64,000 bases of DNA from Octopus vulgaris (Eukaryota): assembly GCA_951406725.2 (NCBI GenBank), contig OX597838.1, forward strand, positions 25,172,001-25,236,000, given 5' to 3'. Below the pieces are notes generated by a model. It was given only the letters and a program-made list of their open reading frames with translations, searched no databases and was not told where the DNA came from. Of the stretch, positions 42,661-54,974 are shown one piece after another; position 1 is the first letter of the stretch; the number at the start of each line of letters is the position of its first letter. The translations under genes and the position numbers were made by a program.

Positions 42661-43049
42661 TCTCCTCCCCTTGCCTCTCTCCTCCTCCCTCCCACCCACC
42701 TCTCCTCTCTTGCTCCGACTCCTACTTCTCTTCACCCCTACTCTCTTTCTCTCTTCTCTCATACCCACCTTTCCCTTCCCCCTTCATCGTCAACCCTCCC
42801 CCCATAAGCCCACCCCACCCCTATTCCTCCACCTTCCCATCCCATCCCTTACACCCTCTCCCACATACTCCACCTCTACCCCCACCCTCTGCCTTTCCCT
42901 GTTAACCTTTCTGATATTGCTGCACCTTTTATGTGTCCAAAGCTTGCATCAGGTGCATCTTATGGAGTTTCTACCTACACCTTTTCTACAGATTGAGTAG
43001 GGCTGTCTACCTGAAGGGATTTGTGATTTATTTGCCTTTTTATTTATTC

Positions 43050-43620
43050 AGACTGGTTTTGCTAGGTTGACTCTAAGGCTCTTTGATTCTAGACCTTGCT
43101 TCCATACTTGGAACTTCTTCTCTAGTTCTGGTAGTGATTCAGCTATAAAAGCAATGTCATTAGTACAGAGGAGCTTCTAGGGGTAGCCTGTCTTAAGTTC
43201 CTCTGTTATTGCCTGGAGGACTATGATGAACAAGAGGGAGCTGAGGACTGGTCCTTGGTGGACTCCTACTTGTACTCTGAATTCTTCATTGTATTCATTG
43301 CCAACCTTCACCTTACTGGTAGTGTCCCTGTACAGCTCTCACTAAGCACTCATCTATCCCTAGTTTCCACATTGATCACCAAATAAGGGATCAAGGAACT
43401 CCCTAATTAGTTGGGCTATGACTCACCCCGTAGCTTTCATCACTTGATCCAACAATTTGATACCTCTGTAATTATTTCTATCTAAAGCATCACCTTTACC
43501 TTTGTAGCAGTTGATCACATTGTTGCTACACCAATCATTGGGTGTGACTCCTTTGTGAGCCACCTGATTTACAATACGGTGACTAGACCATAACCAACAC
43601 CATCAGATATTTCACATCTT
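43050..43620 (-). mobile_element. RTE (BovB-like) LINE reverse-transcriptase relic
   Basis: Minus frame KVKVGNEYNEEFRVQVGVHQGPVLSSLLFIIVLQAITEELKTGYP*KLLCTNDIAFIAES (decayed QG.vLSP and YADD motifs). Confidence 0.85.
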
Positions 43621-43821
43621 GGCATTTTTTCCAAACCAATTTTTTAATTTAGAACTTTTAATTCATCTGAAGAAAATGTTTTTTTTTTCGCACTGTAATC
43701 TGTTTATTCATCAATAAAAAACACATCTGAAACAACTGTAGTGAACTTTAATCATTTTGTGTTCTTTCTTTATATGTGCTTGTGTATATGTACATATATA
43801 ATATATATATACACACATATA

Positions 43822-44030
43822 CAAGGTGGTGCTGAAAAACTCCTGGCTTTAAGGGTATCACAAAAGGCCTGGTTGGAGGCTCAGCCTTCTGAGTTCTTTG
43901 ACAGGGCTTAGAAAAACTGAAAGACTGCTACAATAAGTGTGTGAATCTGAGAGGGGAATATTTTGAATAAAATCATAATTAACTGATTTTCCTGTATTTT
44001 CTTTTATCCAAAGCCAGGAAATTTTATACA
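43822..44030. mobile_element. Tc1/mariner-type MITE
   Basis: TA|CAAGGTGGTGCTGAAAAACTCCTGGCTTT ... AAAGCCAGGAAATTTT, mariner-like TIRs. Confidence 0.65.
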
Positions 44031-44122
44031 CATACATACATATAGTGGTTAAGAAGTCTGCTTTGCTACCAAATGTTTTCATGTTCAATCCTACTTTGCA
44101 GCACCTGGGCCAAGTGTCCCAC

Positions 44123-44257
44123 AGAATAAATACTTTTTTTTATCAAAAATCTCAAACAAATTTTAGTGTTCTTTATCATAATAAATAGTGTCCCTGATGT
44201 GATCACTTGTTACGATAAAGAACACTAAAATCTGTTTTGATAAAAAGAAAGCATTCT
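44123..44257. repeat. Diverged hairpin
   Basis: TTTTAGTGTTCTTTATC mirrors GATAAAGAACACTAAAA. Confidence 0.65.
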
Positions 44258-45565
44258 TATCATAAACAAAAAATGTCATTACTACAAACAAGACACCATG
44301 ATAGTTCAAAGATTATTGCTCTTGGACTGCAGTGATAGTAGTAACAGTCAAAACGTTAGCTGGTCCTATCCATTCATTGTTTCTGTGTTGTCACAGCACT
44401 TTGGTCAGTTGCTGTTGACCAGTCTGATGTCTGCCATCTATTGCCTTTTGTTCAACGTTTGTTATTAGTAGCTAAGATGCACTGAAAATATATAGTGGTG
44501 GTTTGGCTCAGAAAGAAGCATGCCAAACATGAAATTTTTGTTGGAGCCAGTTCCACAGAAAGTCTTGATTGGTCAGATTTTTGTTGATGTCATAAGTAAT
44601 ATCTTAGCAAATTTCAACTGTATTCTTGAATGTTTTTTGTTCTTGTTTTTACACTGGATATAGTGATACAGGTTTGATTGTTAAATATTCCTGCTACAGA
44701 TATTTATGTTTGGAACATAAGCATTATGTATCTCTGCCAAATTTAGAAAATATGCATTTCTGCAAAAGACATAAGGTTGATGGGTAGGGGGCATTGAACT
44801 GCAGACATGCTGTACTATAAATATCTTTTACCTTTTGCTTGTTTCAGTCGTTTGACTGCAGCCATGCTGGAGCACCACCTTGAAGGATTTTAGTTGTACA
44901 AATCAACCCCAGGACCTATTTGGCAAGCCTGGTACTTATTCTATTGGTCTCCTTGCCAAACCACAAAGCTACGGGGACATAGACACACCAACTGCCAAGG
45001 ACAAACACAAAGATATATACACACACACACACAGGTATGTGCGTACATACATATACACGATGGGATTCTTTCTGTTTCTGTGTCCCAAATTCACTCACAA
45101 GGCTTCGGTTGGCCTGAGGCTATAGTAAAAAAACACTTGCTCAAGGTGCCATGCAGTGGGACTGAACCCAAAACCATATGGTTGGGAAGCAACTTCATTT
45201 AATCTTTTACTGGTTTCAGTTATAGCACTGCGGCCATGTAGGAGCACCACCTTTAAGAGAGTTGTTGATGAAATCGATGCCAAGTCTAGTGTTTATTGTA
45301 TCAGTTTCTTTTCTGCTGAAATGCCACATAAGGAGGTAAACAAACCAACACCAATTATCAAGTAGTGGGCATTGGGAAACAAAGACACACATGCGCACAC
45401 TATGTGCAGATCGCATTTGAAATGGATAAATATACTTTGAAAATATAGTTTCATTTTCTAAAAATTTTAATTGCTTTCGTGAAAGTTTCAATTTATTCAA
45501 GGTGAACAAGCAATTATAGATGCCAAAGCAAAACATATTTATATCCTCAAATACAAACAAATAAT

Positions 45566-45843
45566 CTGGCATTCTTTCGATATAACTCGACAAAAATCAA
45601 AACATTTCACTTTGGGTATTTCCGTGGAAGCAAATGACAGTTTGATTCTGTTTTCTGCTTGGAAATTTGCAGATTTTACATACACACATGAAACAGGTAA
45701 GAACAAATATGCAAGGTTTTTTTTTCTTCAAGTTTAAAATGAGACATTGCTGGCATAATTTCGTTATATCTATACTCCACAACCCACGGGAATACCCAAA
45801 GTGAAATGTCTCAACCTTGTCGAGCTATATCGAAGCAATGCCA
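45566..45843. mobile_element. Element with internal inverted repeats; inverted homolog at about 63178-63452
   Basis: Arms GGCATTCTTTCGATATAACTCGACAA...TTTCCGTGG and CCACGGGAATACCC...TTGTCGAGCTATATCGAAGCAATGCC. Confidence 0.6.
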
Positions 45844-45870
45844 ATAATATTTATATACAGAAGAAAAAAA

Positions 45871-46042
45871 GGCAATCTTTCGTCTCTAGTAGACCTTTCC
45901 GTCGATTTCCGTAAAAATTTTTTTTTTTTTACATATGGGCTTGCGGGAACTTTTGAAGTAATGAGAGCGAAAGAGACTAAGAGAAAGCGATTGTATGACG
46001 AGGGAAGTTCTTTTGAAGTTACCGTGCATGGGAACATTGATG

Positions 46043-46080
<38 letters not shown>

Positions 46081-46307
46081 ATGGGGTGTGGGAGACACAC
46101 AGTATGTTGTGTAAGTGAAGTGCTTCTGTCAGTATGTGTGAAGAGACAGAGTAATGTGTGAAAGAAAGAGATAACTGAAATTTTTTACTCGGTGTATGTG
46201 TATATGTATGTATATTACTTCAAAAGTTCCCGCAAGCCCATATGTAAAAGAAAAAAAATTTTTTTACGGAAATCGACGGAAAGGTCTACTAGAGACGAAT
46301 GATCGCC
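45871..46307. mobile_element. MITE, Merlin-like (GG termini, 8-bp TSD)
   Basis: TIRs of about 90 bp, GGCAATCTTTCGTCTCTAGTAGACC...; TSD GAAAAAAA at 45863-45870 and 46308-46315. Confidence 0.85.
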
Positions 46308-46566
46308 GAAAAAAAAAAGCTGTAAATCCGCAAACTCAGTTTCCTGCCTTTTTAAAACAATTTTTTTTAATATTAAAACAAAACTGTTTGGAAATTCTTT
46401 ATCTCTTGCTGTTAGAAACACAAAAATCTAAAAACCGCTTTAAAAAAAAGGATAAAATAATTTACAAAAAGGTTCTTTCAGAAATCCACTCTGAAGTGAA
46501 TATTTGTCGATAATGCTTTACACAAGGCTCTTCCCTTCAAGTTAGTAGAAAATGATTTATATGAAA

Positions 46567-47096
46567 CTAGCAGTATCGCCCGGCGTTGCTCGGGTTTGTA
46601 AGGGAAATAACTATATAAGCATTTTTAGAGAGATATAGCCAAAAAATGCACTAAAAATGGAATAAAAAATTATGATAATTTTTTTTTAAATCGTTGACTC
46701 AGTGTCTTCAAGCCATGAAGTCGTTGTTCTAAAAGAACGCTGGTCTCCTTGACAACGCGTTACGACGTTGATTTCCTTACACTCCCTTCCCCACAGCTTC
46801 ACGAGGGAGGGAAGAAGGGGAGAAGCAAACAGGTGCAGGAGTGACCATGGACGCCAACTCCGCCGCCATCGACACACGAAAAATTATGCATTAAAATGGA
46901 ATAAAAAATAATGTTAAATTATTTTTAAAATCGTAGACTCATCGTAGACGCGCGCTAATACTCAGACGGGCTCGATATGAATCACGACTATAAGATACCC
47001 GGTTTTGGTTAAACTGCACCGCAAAATGTGGGAGTAGTTAGGAATCTAAATCGAAGGGGACAGACACTCACACAACTACAGTTTTATATATATAGA
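46567..47096 (-). mobile_element. Non-autonomous Helitron
   Basis: Minus strand begins A|TCTATATATATAAAA and ends with hairpin CCCGAGCAACGCCGGG then CTAG|T; no TSD. Confidence 0.85.
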
Positions 47097-47197
47097 TTTG
47101 ACTGTTATTTGTAACAGTTCCAGTGGACATACAGAATCGCATGCTGGCGAGTTGTGAAAGTGGATTTCTGATCGGGAAGCAAGGCTCGGTGGGTTAA

Positions 47198-47415
47198 CCC
47201 TTTCATTGCCAACCCAGCTGAAACCGGTTCTGGCTCTGAGTACAAATGTTTTGTTTTCATAAGTTTTGAATTAAAATTTTCCACCAAACATTAGTCACAC
47301 TTTATGTTCCTAATACTAGCTGAATGGTAACTAAATTATTTTACTAAATTCTTTGTTATATTTAAAGTAATTGAAAGAAACAGAGCATCTCAAAATAAAT
47401 ACAGTAATGAAAGGG
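47198..47415. mobile_element. piggyBac-type MITE
   Basis: TTAA|CCCTTTCATT...AATGAAAGGG|TTAA. A related end fragment lies at about 1412-1470. Confidence 0.85.
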
Positions 47416-47454
47416 TTAATAGATAAGGGTCGAGCGAAATGTTGTGACATTCGG

Positions 47455-47646
47455 GGTGCTATTTAAGAAGAGTGGTCCCGGTGCGCGCACTCGCGTATCC
47501 GCGCTAGCTAGTCGAGACTACTCGATTTTTTTTTTTTTTCAAATTCATTTACTTTGCTAGGTAGTCGTTGTGGGATCGACCAGTCACGACTAGCTAGTGC
47601 GGATGCGTGAGTACGCGCACCGGGACCACTCTTCTTAAATAGTACC
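47455..47646. mobile_element. MITE with GG termini and 8-bp TSD (Merlin-like)
   Basis: TIRs of about 70 bp, GGTGCTATTTAAGAAGAGTGGTCCCGGTGCGCG...; TSD ACATTCGG on both sides. Confidence 0.85.
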
Positions 47647-49463
47647 ACATTCGGTTGTACATCCAAGAAACGCACCCGTGAAAATGGTCTAAACGGGAAA
47701 CACGAAACCGGTATTTTAATAACGCTAAAAAAAAAATCTATGAGTCACTCATCCGCTTTATTACCGTTCTGTTAACCTGACAATCAAGTTACCTTTCTAA
47801 CGAAAGAACTAGAAAGGTTAAACAAGCAAACACTGATAGACATAACAATAAGAAATTTTTAAGCTATTGGAATTCTTAACTGAACCAGGGAAATTGAAGG
47901 AAAGGATGTGCGTTTGTGTGTGCTCTCGTGCAAACTGTGCGTGCCTTGAATTAAAAAAAGGTGTATGTGAAACCTGAGAAAAGTTGTAGGTCGAATAACA
48001 GAGAGAATATTTTGCTTGAGTAAACAAGGTGAGCCGTACGTATCCGAAGACCCTCTCTCTCTCTCGCTGTAAGTATGTAGGTATACACACAGAGGTATCA
48101 GCGCCAAGCAGTGTTAGGCATTAGCGAACTTCAGGTTAGTTAAAATATGTTTTGTGACATATTTTATCTTCTAAAGGCAAATTCACTGCAGTTACCGAAG
48201 AGAAAAAAAATGTCTTATGGTGAAAAAGGATTTTTAAAAAAAAAGACCACCTTTTTACCGTAAGAGAGAATTTTTTTTCTCCACAATATCTGCAGCGAAT
48301 TTACCTTCAGAAGTTGAGATATGACGCAAACTAACTTCAATTCGCACGCACACACACACACAGACAGAGAGAGAGAGACAGGGTGGAAGTGTATACAGAG
48401 AGAGAGAGCTTGATGGGGGGGGGAGATTTTCAGTGGTGGTGCAGAGAGAACCACCTGTCAAAAAAGCGTAAGGTGAAAGGGGAAAAAGGTTAATAATATT
48501 CGACTACTGCTACCCGGTAAGAAATGATAGAACTTCATACAGATGAATATTTCTTTCGCATGAGTTCGTAGGAGAGAACAAGAATGGGGAAGTGGTGACA
48601 TTCATCTGCAAATGAGTGATCCGTCTGGCACGAAAAGCCATTATCGACACCACCATAATACGAGTAAAGTTACACCTGTCTCTTGACACGGGTGTGATTT
48701 CTGATCGGCGGTTTTTCGAAGTAACTACCACTACTGCCAATGAATTAGGTGATGGCAGTTTCCTTCTGTGAAAGAATTTTTTGTAAAAAAAAAAATTTTT
48801 TTTTTAAAAACACAGAAATGCAATTTTTAACATTTTTACCCCCAAATTCAATGCCCTTTGCCGGCAAATTTTTACCAGATTATACTCATCTTACAAAACA
48901 AGTATTCATAGTCACTCTTACGGTCCTAGATTCGACAGAAAGAAAAAAAAATAGCGACGGTATTAAAATTGTAGCATTCTTTCGATATATCGAAGGAATT
49001 GCCTAAATTGTTTTACAAAAACTAAAATTCCAAATAAATTCCGAATGTGTGTTTCATACAACGGAAACTACAATTCTGGAATGTTTTACCCCAAAATTCA
49101 ATTTTTTTCTGCACTCTTCTTCCGTACCATTTCCTTTCCTATGATGTAAGAGAACTCGAGGGAGCTGCTATTTCCTAATTCCACCCACTTCTTTTTAGAC
49201 TAGTTTGCTGTCTAAGTAGGTCTACTCTGACCCAGAAAACTCATGATCTAAAGCATTCCAACCATGACCATATAATCTGCTCGCTGATTACGTTAAACCT
49301 CGAATATATTATTGATTACCGGTTGATAGATATTAATACAAACAATTTAGGACCGTCGCTTCTTTTCTTTCTATTCGCAGAATATAGAACCATATAAACT
49401 AGAAACTCAAATAACAGTGCTACTTAATAATCGAGCTCTGGCCATTTGACATGTTATAAGTAG

Positions 49464-49860
49464 CAGCCAAATCTCTTAAAATCACACCCTTCTATCTTGA
49501 AAGAATAAGAGTAGGGACAACAAAAAAGATGGGATAATCACGGGAAAATTCTTCGAACATATATGTGCTCGATCGCATTGTTCGTTATAGCAGTACCCCA
49601 GATACACAAGTTAATACACCTAATTTACTCAAAGCCGGTCTCTTTAAGGCAACCTTGCCCCCAGCCAAATCTCTTAAAATCACAACCTTCTATCTTGAAA
49701 GAATAAGAGTAGGGACAACAAAAAAGATGGGATAATCACGGGAAAATTCTTCGAACATATATGTGCTCGATCGCATTGTTCGTTATAGCAGTACCCCAGA
49801 TACACAAGTTAATACACCTAATTTACTTAAAGCCGGTCTCTTTAAGGCAATCTTGCCCCC
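49464..49860. repeat. 198-bp tandem duplication downstream of FPPS
   Basis: 49464-49661 and 49662-49860 are nearly identical. Confidence 0.92.
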
Positions 49861-50433
49861 TTTAATTATACATAACACTGTATTTGTTTCAGTTAATGGG
49901 CAATGCAAATCTATTCGTTGTTTTTTGACATTGTAAGGTTATTCGAATTATACTGAACGTGTTTCTACTTGGATGGAATTTGTAACCATGTTTCAAATTT
50001 CAACATTTCTTGGATTATTGAAATTATTAAACCAACATTGTTATTGTATGAAACGAATATTTTGATTTTTTTTTTTTTTTTGAATATATTATTGCTAGAA
50101 ATACGAGACTGCTATAAAGTAGTTACCCGTACGTAATTAATCGACTCTAAATATATAAATGAAACTGGAAAAAAAAAAAAACAGGACCTGGCGGGATTTG
50201 ATCTCACAAATAACAACACTAGACTGGACTTTTGAGTTTTACTTTAGATCTATGTACAATGATGTTAGCTGTAATGGTTAAAAATGTAAACACGAGAAAT
50301 GACTTATATATATAATTACGTGTATACACACACACACATAATTGCCCTCTTCTTGCGAATATAGATATATAAATAAACACACACAGACACACACACACTC
50401 GAAATGTTTTTGTATTAAAAATATTGTAATAAA

Positions 50434-51474
50434 TTACATTTTACGCTTGTATATTTTTTTAGCAAACGTAAGAAATATTTCTTTCGGTAAATGCGAGCAT
50501 TTCTCAATTTTCTCCAGTAAAAGTTTGTAACTTTCTTCTTCGTACTTCAAGAAAAGTTCATCAAGCTTAAGTTCCTTGTATAGCGATTTCACACACTGGA
50601 TCTTGTGGGGACAGTCGCATCCATAGTTTCGTTCCAAGACAGTCTTTTGTTCGTCGGACACTAAGGACAGGGCTTGCACAACCAACCAGCTACACTTACC
50701 GTCTTCGATGTCGGTCCCGATCTTCCCCGTTACGGAGGGATCTCCAAAACAATCCAAGTAGTCGTCCTGGATTTGGAAGTATTCCCCCATCTGTAATAGA
50801 ATATCCTTGGCTTCGTTATGGATTTCCTGTTCTTTGATGCCAGCCATGTACATGGCCAGCCCAACGGGTAGGTAAAAAGAATAAAAAGCAGTTTTGAATT
50901 TGACAATTTTCTTATATTTTTCTAGACTGAATTTCTCAAACTCTATCTTGCCATCAGGCGGAACGATGACCAAATCAAGCATTTGACCCATGACGGTCTT
51001 TGAGGTTATCGAATGAAATAACTCCAACAGTTCGACATAATAAGGCTTGCTGCGGAAATATTTCCTCAGTAAAGTATAAATCGACATTTCGAGGAAAAAT
51101 GAATCGTTAATGGCAATTTTCCCGATGTTTTCCACCCGATACCAGCATGGTTTGCCTCTACGTGTGACAGAATTGTCCATAATATCGTCTGCGACTAGAA
51201 AGAAAGCCTGAAGCCACTCGATGCACCAACCTAAAATCCGAGCCAGGCGAAGATCGTCTTCGGAAACTTGTCCATTCATTAAACCTGTGTAGGCCGCCGG
51301 AACTGTTGTGCCTCGATTCTTTTTGCCGAAAGGAACATTATATGAACACACTTCTCTCACTCTTTCCAGCAAATCGTCACCTTCGAATTGGTTTTTCCAT
51401 TCTGTGCTAATATCTTCTAAAAGCACAGGAAACAACTCGTCGAACTTTTCAATATCCGATAAATTTGCACTCAT
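50434..51474 (-). CDS. FDPS: Farnesyl diphosphate synthase (trans-isoprenyl diphosphate synthase), single coding exon, 346 aa
   Basis: Uninterrupted ORF with all FPPS motifs: GKKNRG; FARM AFFLVADDIMD followed by TRRGKPCWY; GQMLDL; KTAFYSF; SARM FQIQDDYLD; GKIGTDIEDGKCSW; basic C-terminus KIYKRKM. FF at -5/-4 before FARM predicts a C15 product. Confidence 0.96.
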   Translation of the reverse strand: MSANLSDIEKFDELFPVLLEDISTEWKNQFEGDDLLERVREVCSYNVPFGKKNRGTTVPAAYTGLMNGQVSEDDLRLARILGWCIEWLQAFFLVADDIMDNSVTRRGKPCWYRVENIGKIAINDSFFLEMSIYTLLRKYFRSKPYYVELLELFHSITSKTVMGQMLDLVIVPPDGKIEFEKFSLEKYKKIVKFKTAFYSFYLPVGLAMYMAGIKEQEIHNEAKDILLQMGEYFQIQDDYLDCFGDPSVTGKIGTDIEDGKCSWLVVQALSLVSDEQKTVLERNYGCDCPHKIQCVKSLYKELKLDELFLKYEEESYKLLLEKIEKCSHLPKEIFLTFAKKIYKRKM

Positions 51475-51509
51475 AATTCCAGAGTGATTCCTGTAGATTT
51501 TTAAATCAA

Positions 51510-51760
51510 GGTGGACACGTGTAGTGACTCCGTGAGAAATTTCTTCGGTTTTCCGCTTGTTTTTTCAAGTCATATACTTATATATTCATACTATTCATGT
51601 ATAAACTGTCGACAAGGATAAGTGCTTTACAACAATTAAGCGGGTAAATAAATCACACGATACAGCTTCACGGTGACTGGTGATCATGAAGGTGTAACCA
51701 AGTCGATGCAAACCAGGTTTTTGAAGGCTTCTGTTGTTACTTCAGAAGTCACGTGCCCGG
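51510..51760 (-). promoter_or_regulatory. Putative FPPS proximal promoter with SRE/E-box motifs
   Basis: CACGTG at 51516-51521, ATCACACGAT at 51652-51661 and TCACGTG at 51749-51755 in CpG-rich unique sequence just upstream of the ATG. Confidence 0.45.
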
Positions 51761-51954
51761 TTATTTGCGAGATTATCGCCGTCGGCCAACCAGTTCTCGT
51801 CCGTTGCCAAGGATACAGTACAATAAACTTAATGGTGACTGCTGTTCGTTACGACAGCTCCCCGACTGATAGACCTTGTCGTCACTTAACTGTTTTATGG
51901 CCAAATGACGACTTCATAATTATTGCTGTTGTTGTTGTTATTGTTTGGATCAAC

Positions 51955-52359
51955 GGCAACCTTTCGTCTCTAGTAGACCTTTCCGTCGATTTCCGTAAAT
52001 TTTTTTTTTTTTTACATATGGGCTTGCGGGAACTTTTGAAGTAATGAGAGCGAAAGAGACTAAGAGAAAGCGATTGTATGACGAGGGAAATTCTTTTGAA
52101 GTTACCGTGCATGGGAAGCATTGATGTACATGTGTGTGTGTGTGTGTGTTTGATGGGGTGTGGAAGACAGACAGTATGTTGTGTAAGTGAAGTGCTTCTG
52201 TTAGTATGTGTGAAAGAAAGAGATAACTGAAATTTTTTACTCAGTGTATGTGTATATGTATGTATATTACTTCAAAAGTTCCCGCAAGCCCATATGTAAA
52301 AAAAAAAAAAATTTTTTACGGAAATCGACGGAAAGGTCTACTAGAGACGAAAGATTGCC
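51955..52359. mobile_element. MITE, same family as 45871-46307
   Basis: Near-identical sequence; TSD GGATCAAC at 51947-51954 and 52360-52367. Confidence 0.88.
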
Positions 52360-52476
52360 GGATCAACATTTCTCGGAGAAAGTAACAAATATATAAGCAA
52401 ACCCACCACACAAGCAACTCTCACTCTCTCTGTCTCTCTGCCTCTGTCTCTGTCTCTCTCTCTGTCTCTCTCTCTG

Positions 52477-52508
<32 letters not shown>

Positions 52509-52993
52509 TCTCTCTGAATAGGAATAAATAAGTGAATATATATTTTTTTACTTCCTTCAGTCATTAGACTGCGGCCATACTGGAGCACCGCTTTGAAGAA
52601 ATTTTGTCTAACAAATCGATCCTGGTACATTTTTTTAAAACCTGGAACTAATTCTATCGTTCTCTTTTACTGAACCTCTAAGTTATGCGATATAAACAAA
52701 CCAACACTGATTGTGAAGCTGTGGTGGAGATAAACACACGTACAGATATATAATATATAGATATGCTTTTATTTGTTTATTTATTTCAGTCATTTGACTG
52801 AGGCCATGCTGGAGCACTGCCTTTTTAGTCAAACAAATTGATCACTTATTCTTTGTAAGCTTAGTACTTATTCTATTGTTCTCTTTTGCCAAACCTCTAA
52901 GTTATGGGGACATAAACACACCAACATTGGTTGTCTAACGATGATGGAGGGGAACTAACACAGACACACAAACATACATACATACATATATAC

Positions 52994-53042
<49 letters not shown>

Positions 53043-53852
53043 CAATGGGCTTCTTTCAGTTTCCACCTACAAAATCCACTCAAGAGGCTTTGGTCGGCCA
53101 TGTTCAGATGGTGCTTTCTACGTGCCACCGGCACGGGTATCACAACTACAATTTCCATTTGATTTATATTTTGATGCTGATGTTGATGTACTTCACTCAA
53201 TAAGTCTCTTCAAGCACAGCGGGTCACCCTACGATCCAAGGTTAGCACAGAAGGCCGTCTTGCGAGCCATGAACTCACTTCATTTGTCAGGTTTTCACAG
53301 TCACAGCATATCTCAGAGGTCTCAGTCTTTCAAAAAAAAAAAAATACAATTCGACCTCGTTACCCAATTTTCTACAAACAATGAAATCTGATGAGTCCAA
53401 ATGCACATTTTTTACAATAAAACCTGGACAAGTTTTGCCTTCCTCTGAAAACCTAAAAATGAACAGCATAATTGTAATATTGTAATGTCCACTTTCCCAT
53501 GCAAGCATGGATCAAATGGAATTAGTGTGATTTCAAAGCAGATTTTTTATGGCTTCATGCACTTTCTATCACCAACACTCACCGTTTCCAAGTAAGGTAA
53601 TATTTTCCCCATGGCCGGACTTCTTATATAACCATGATTCTCATTTGAAATTATTGTGTGATGTCTTCAAGCTCGTTGTATATCCACATATATACAACTG
53701 GCTTCATTCAGTGTTCGTCTACAAATTCACTCATAACGCTTTGGTCAGCCAAGATTTTTAATAGCAGGCACTTACTTCCCCAAGGTGCCACACTTTAGGA
53801 TTGAACCCAAAACCATGTTGGGAAGCAAACTTCTTATCTACAACAGCCATAA

Positions 53853-53887
<35 letters not shown>

Positions 53888-53927
53888 CCATTCTAGCATG
53901 GAAAGTGGATGTTAAACGATGATGATG

Positions 53928-53958
<31 letters not shown>

Positions 53959-54178
53959 CATAAAAAGGAAATAATTTTATTCTCAAACGCAAGATAATTC
54001 TAATAATATAGCATGAACAGGACAAACTACCTATTTTTCTGAAAATATGGTTACTTTATCCTGTTCTTGTTATATTATTAGCATTATCCTGCATTTAAGA
54101 ATAAAATTATTTCCTTATCTTTCAACACATTTCAACAGTTCTAAAGTAAACTTTGTTTACTTTCTTCATAATTTGAAT

Positions 54179-54227
<49 letters not shown>

Positions 54228-54568
54228 CAGAGATGTACTTGCATAGCAAGTGACCTGATAAGAGATCATGTGCTGAAACAAAAACAATTACAGCATGGAA
54301 GGTGTTTATAAACCATTTAAAAACACACAAAAACCGTTAGATTCACTTCAACATTTAAATTTAATTTGCCAGAATATTTTCGTTGCTTTCAGACTGCCAC
54401 CAGTTCACTGACAAAAGCACTGATGAGGCATGTGATTTTGTCAGTGAACAGGTCGCAGTCTCAAAGCGATGAAAATATTTTGGCAAATTAAATTTAAATG
54501 TTGAAGTGAATCTAACGGTTTTCATGTGTTTTTAAATGGGTTATAAACACCTTCCACACTGCAATTGT
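54228..54568. mobile_element. Second fold-back element of the G3:C8 hammerhead family, in (TA)n
   Basis: Arms of about 140 bp homologous to 18457-18648. Motif at 54437-54487 (+) and a mutated copy at 54365-54415 (-). Flanked by (TA)n. Confidence 0.7.
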
Positions 54569-54572
54569 ATAA

Positions 54573-54619
<47 letters not shown>

Positions 54620-54793
54620 AAGGGAGGCTTATAATCAATTTGAACCTAAAAGCAAATTCAATGGAGGTCACAAAAGTGACAGAAGGTACTGACCAGCATC
54701 AGCTATTGCTAGAAACAAGAGTTAAAACGACTCAAAAGCCACAAGAGCACTGTCTAAATGACTGACAAAGGGAGGTAAGTCCCTAGCGTTTAT

Positions 54794-54851
54794 AGTCAGA
54801 TCGAATGATTTCGGATTTTGATGTAGACTATCATAATCCTCATCAGTGACT
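54794..54851 (-). ncRNA. Canonical type-I hammerhead ribozyme
   Basis: Minus strand reads AGTCA-CTGATGA-GGAT(19-nt loop)ATCC-GAAA-TC(ATTC)GA-TC|TGACT, with all core nucleotides and three stems. Confidence 0.78.
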
Positions 54852-54974
54852 CTTAACACCTAGGGTTAAATTTAACAACCTCTGTTGGTCTTATATAAGA
54901 AAACCATTGAAAACGCTGAATTTTAAATGGTAAAAGACAGACAAAGGTAGTTAAGTTTAACTCTAGGCATTAAG

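Noticed and set aside
50066-50081. Poly(A) remnant of an FPPS retrocopy
   Set aside because: No adjacent polyadenylation signal or TSD, and such T-runs are common in this window.
50434-51474. Bacterial/viral horizontal origin or terpene-synthase neofunctionalisation of FPPS
   Set aside because: The eukaryotic-type DDxxD FARM with FF and all IPP-binding basic motifs are retained; nothing in the sequence requires either explanation.
45871-52359. Composite transposon of two Merlin-like MITEs carrying FPPS
   Set aside because: Each MITE has its own distinct 8-bp TSD (GAAAAAAA versus GGATCAAC), so they inserted independently.
53387-53435. Hammerhead (CTGATGAGTCCA...TGGAC)
   Set aside because: No GAAA, stem III or clear stem I follows.
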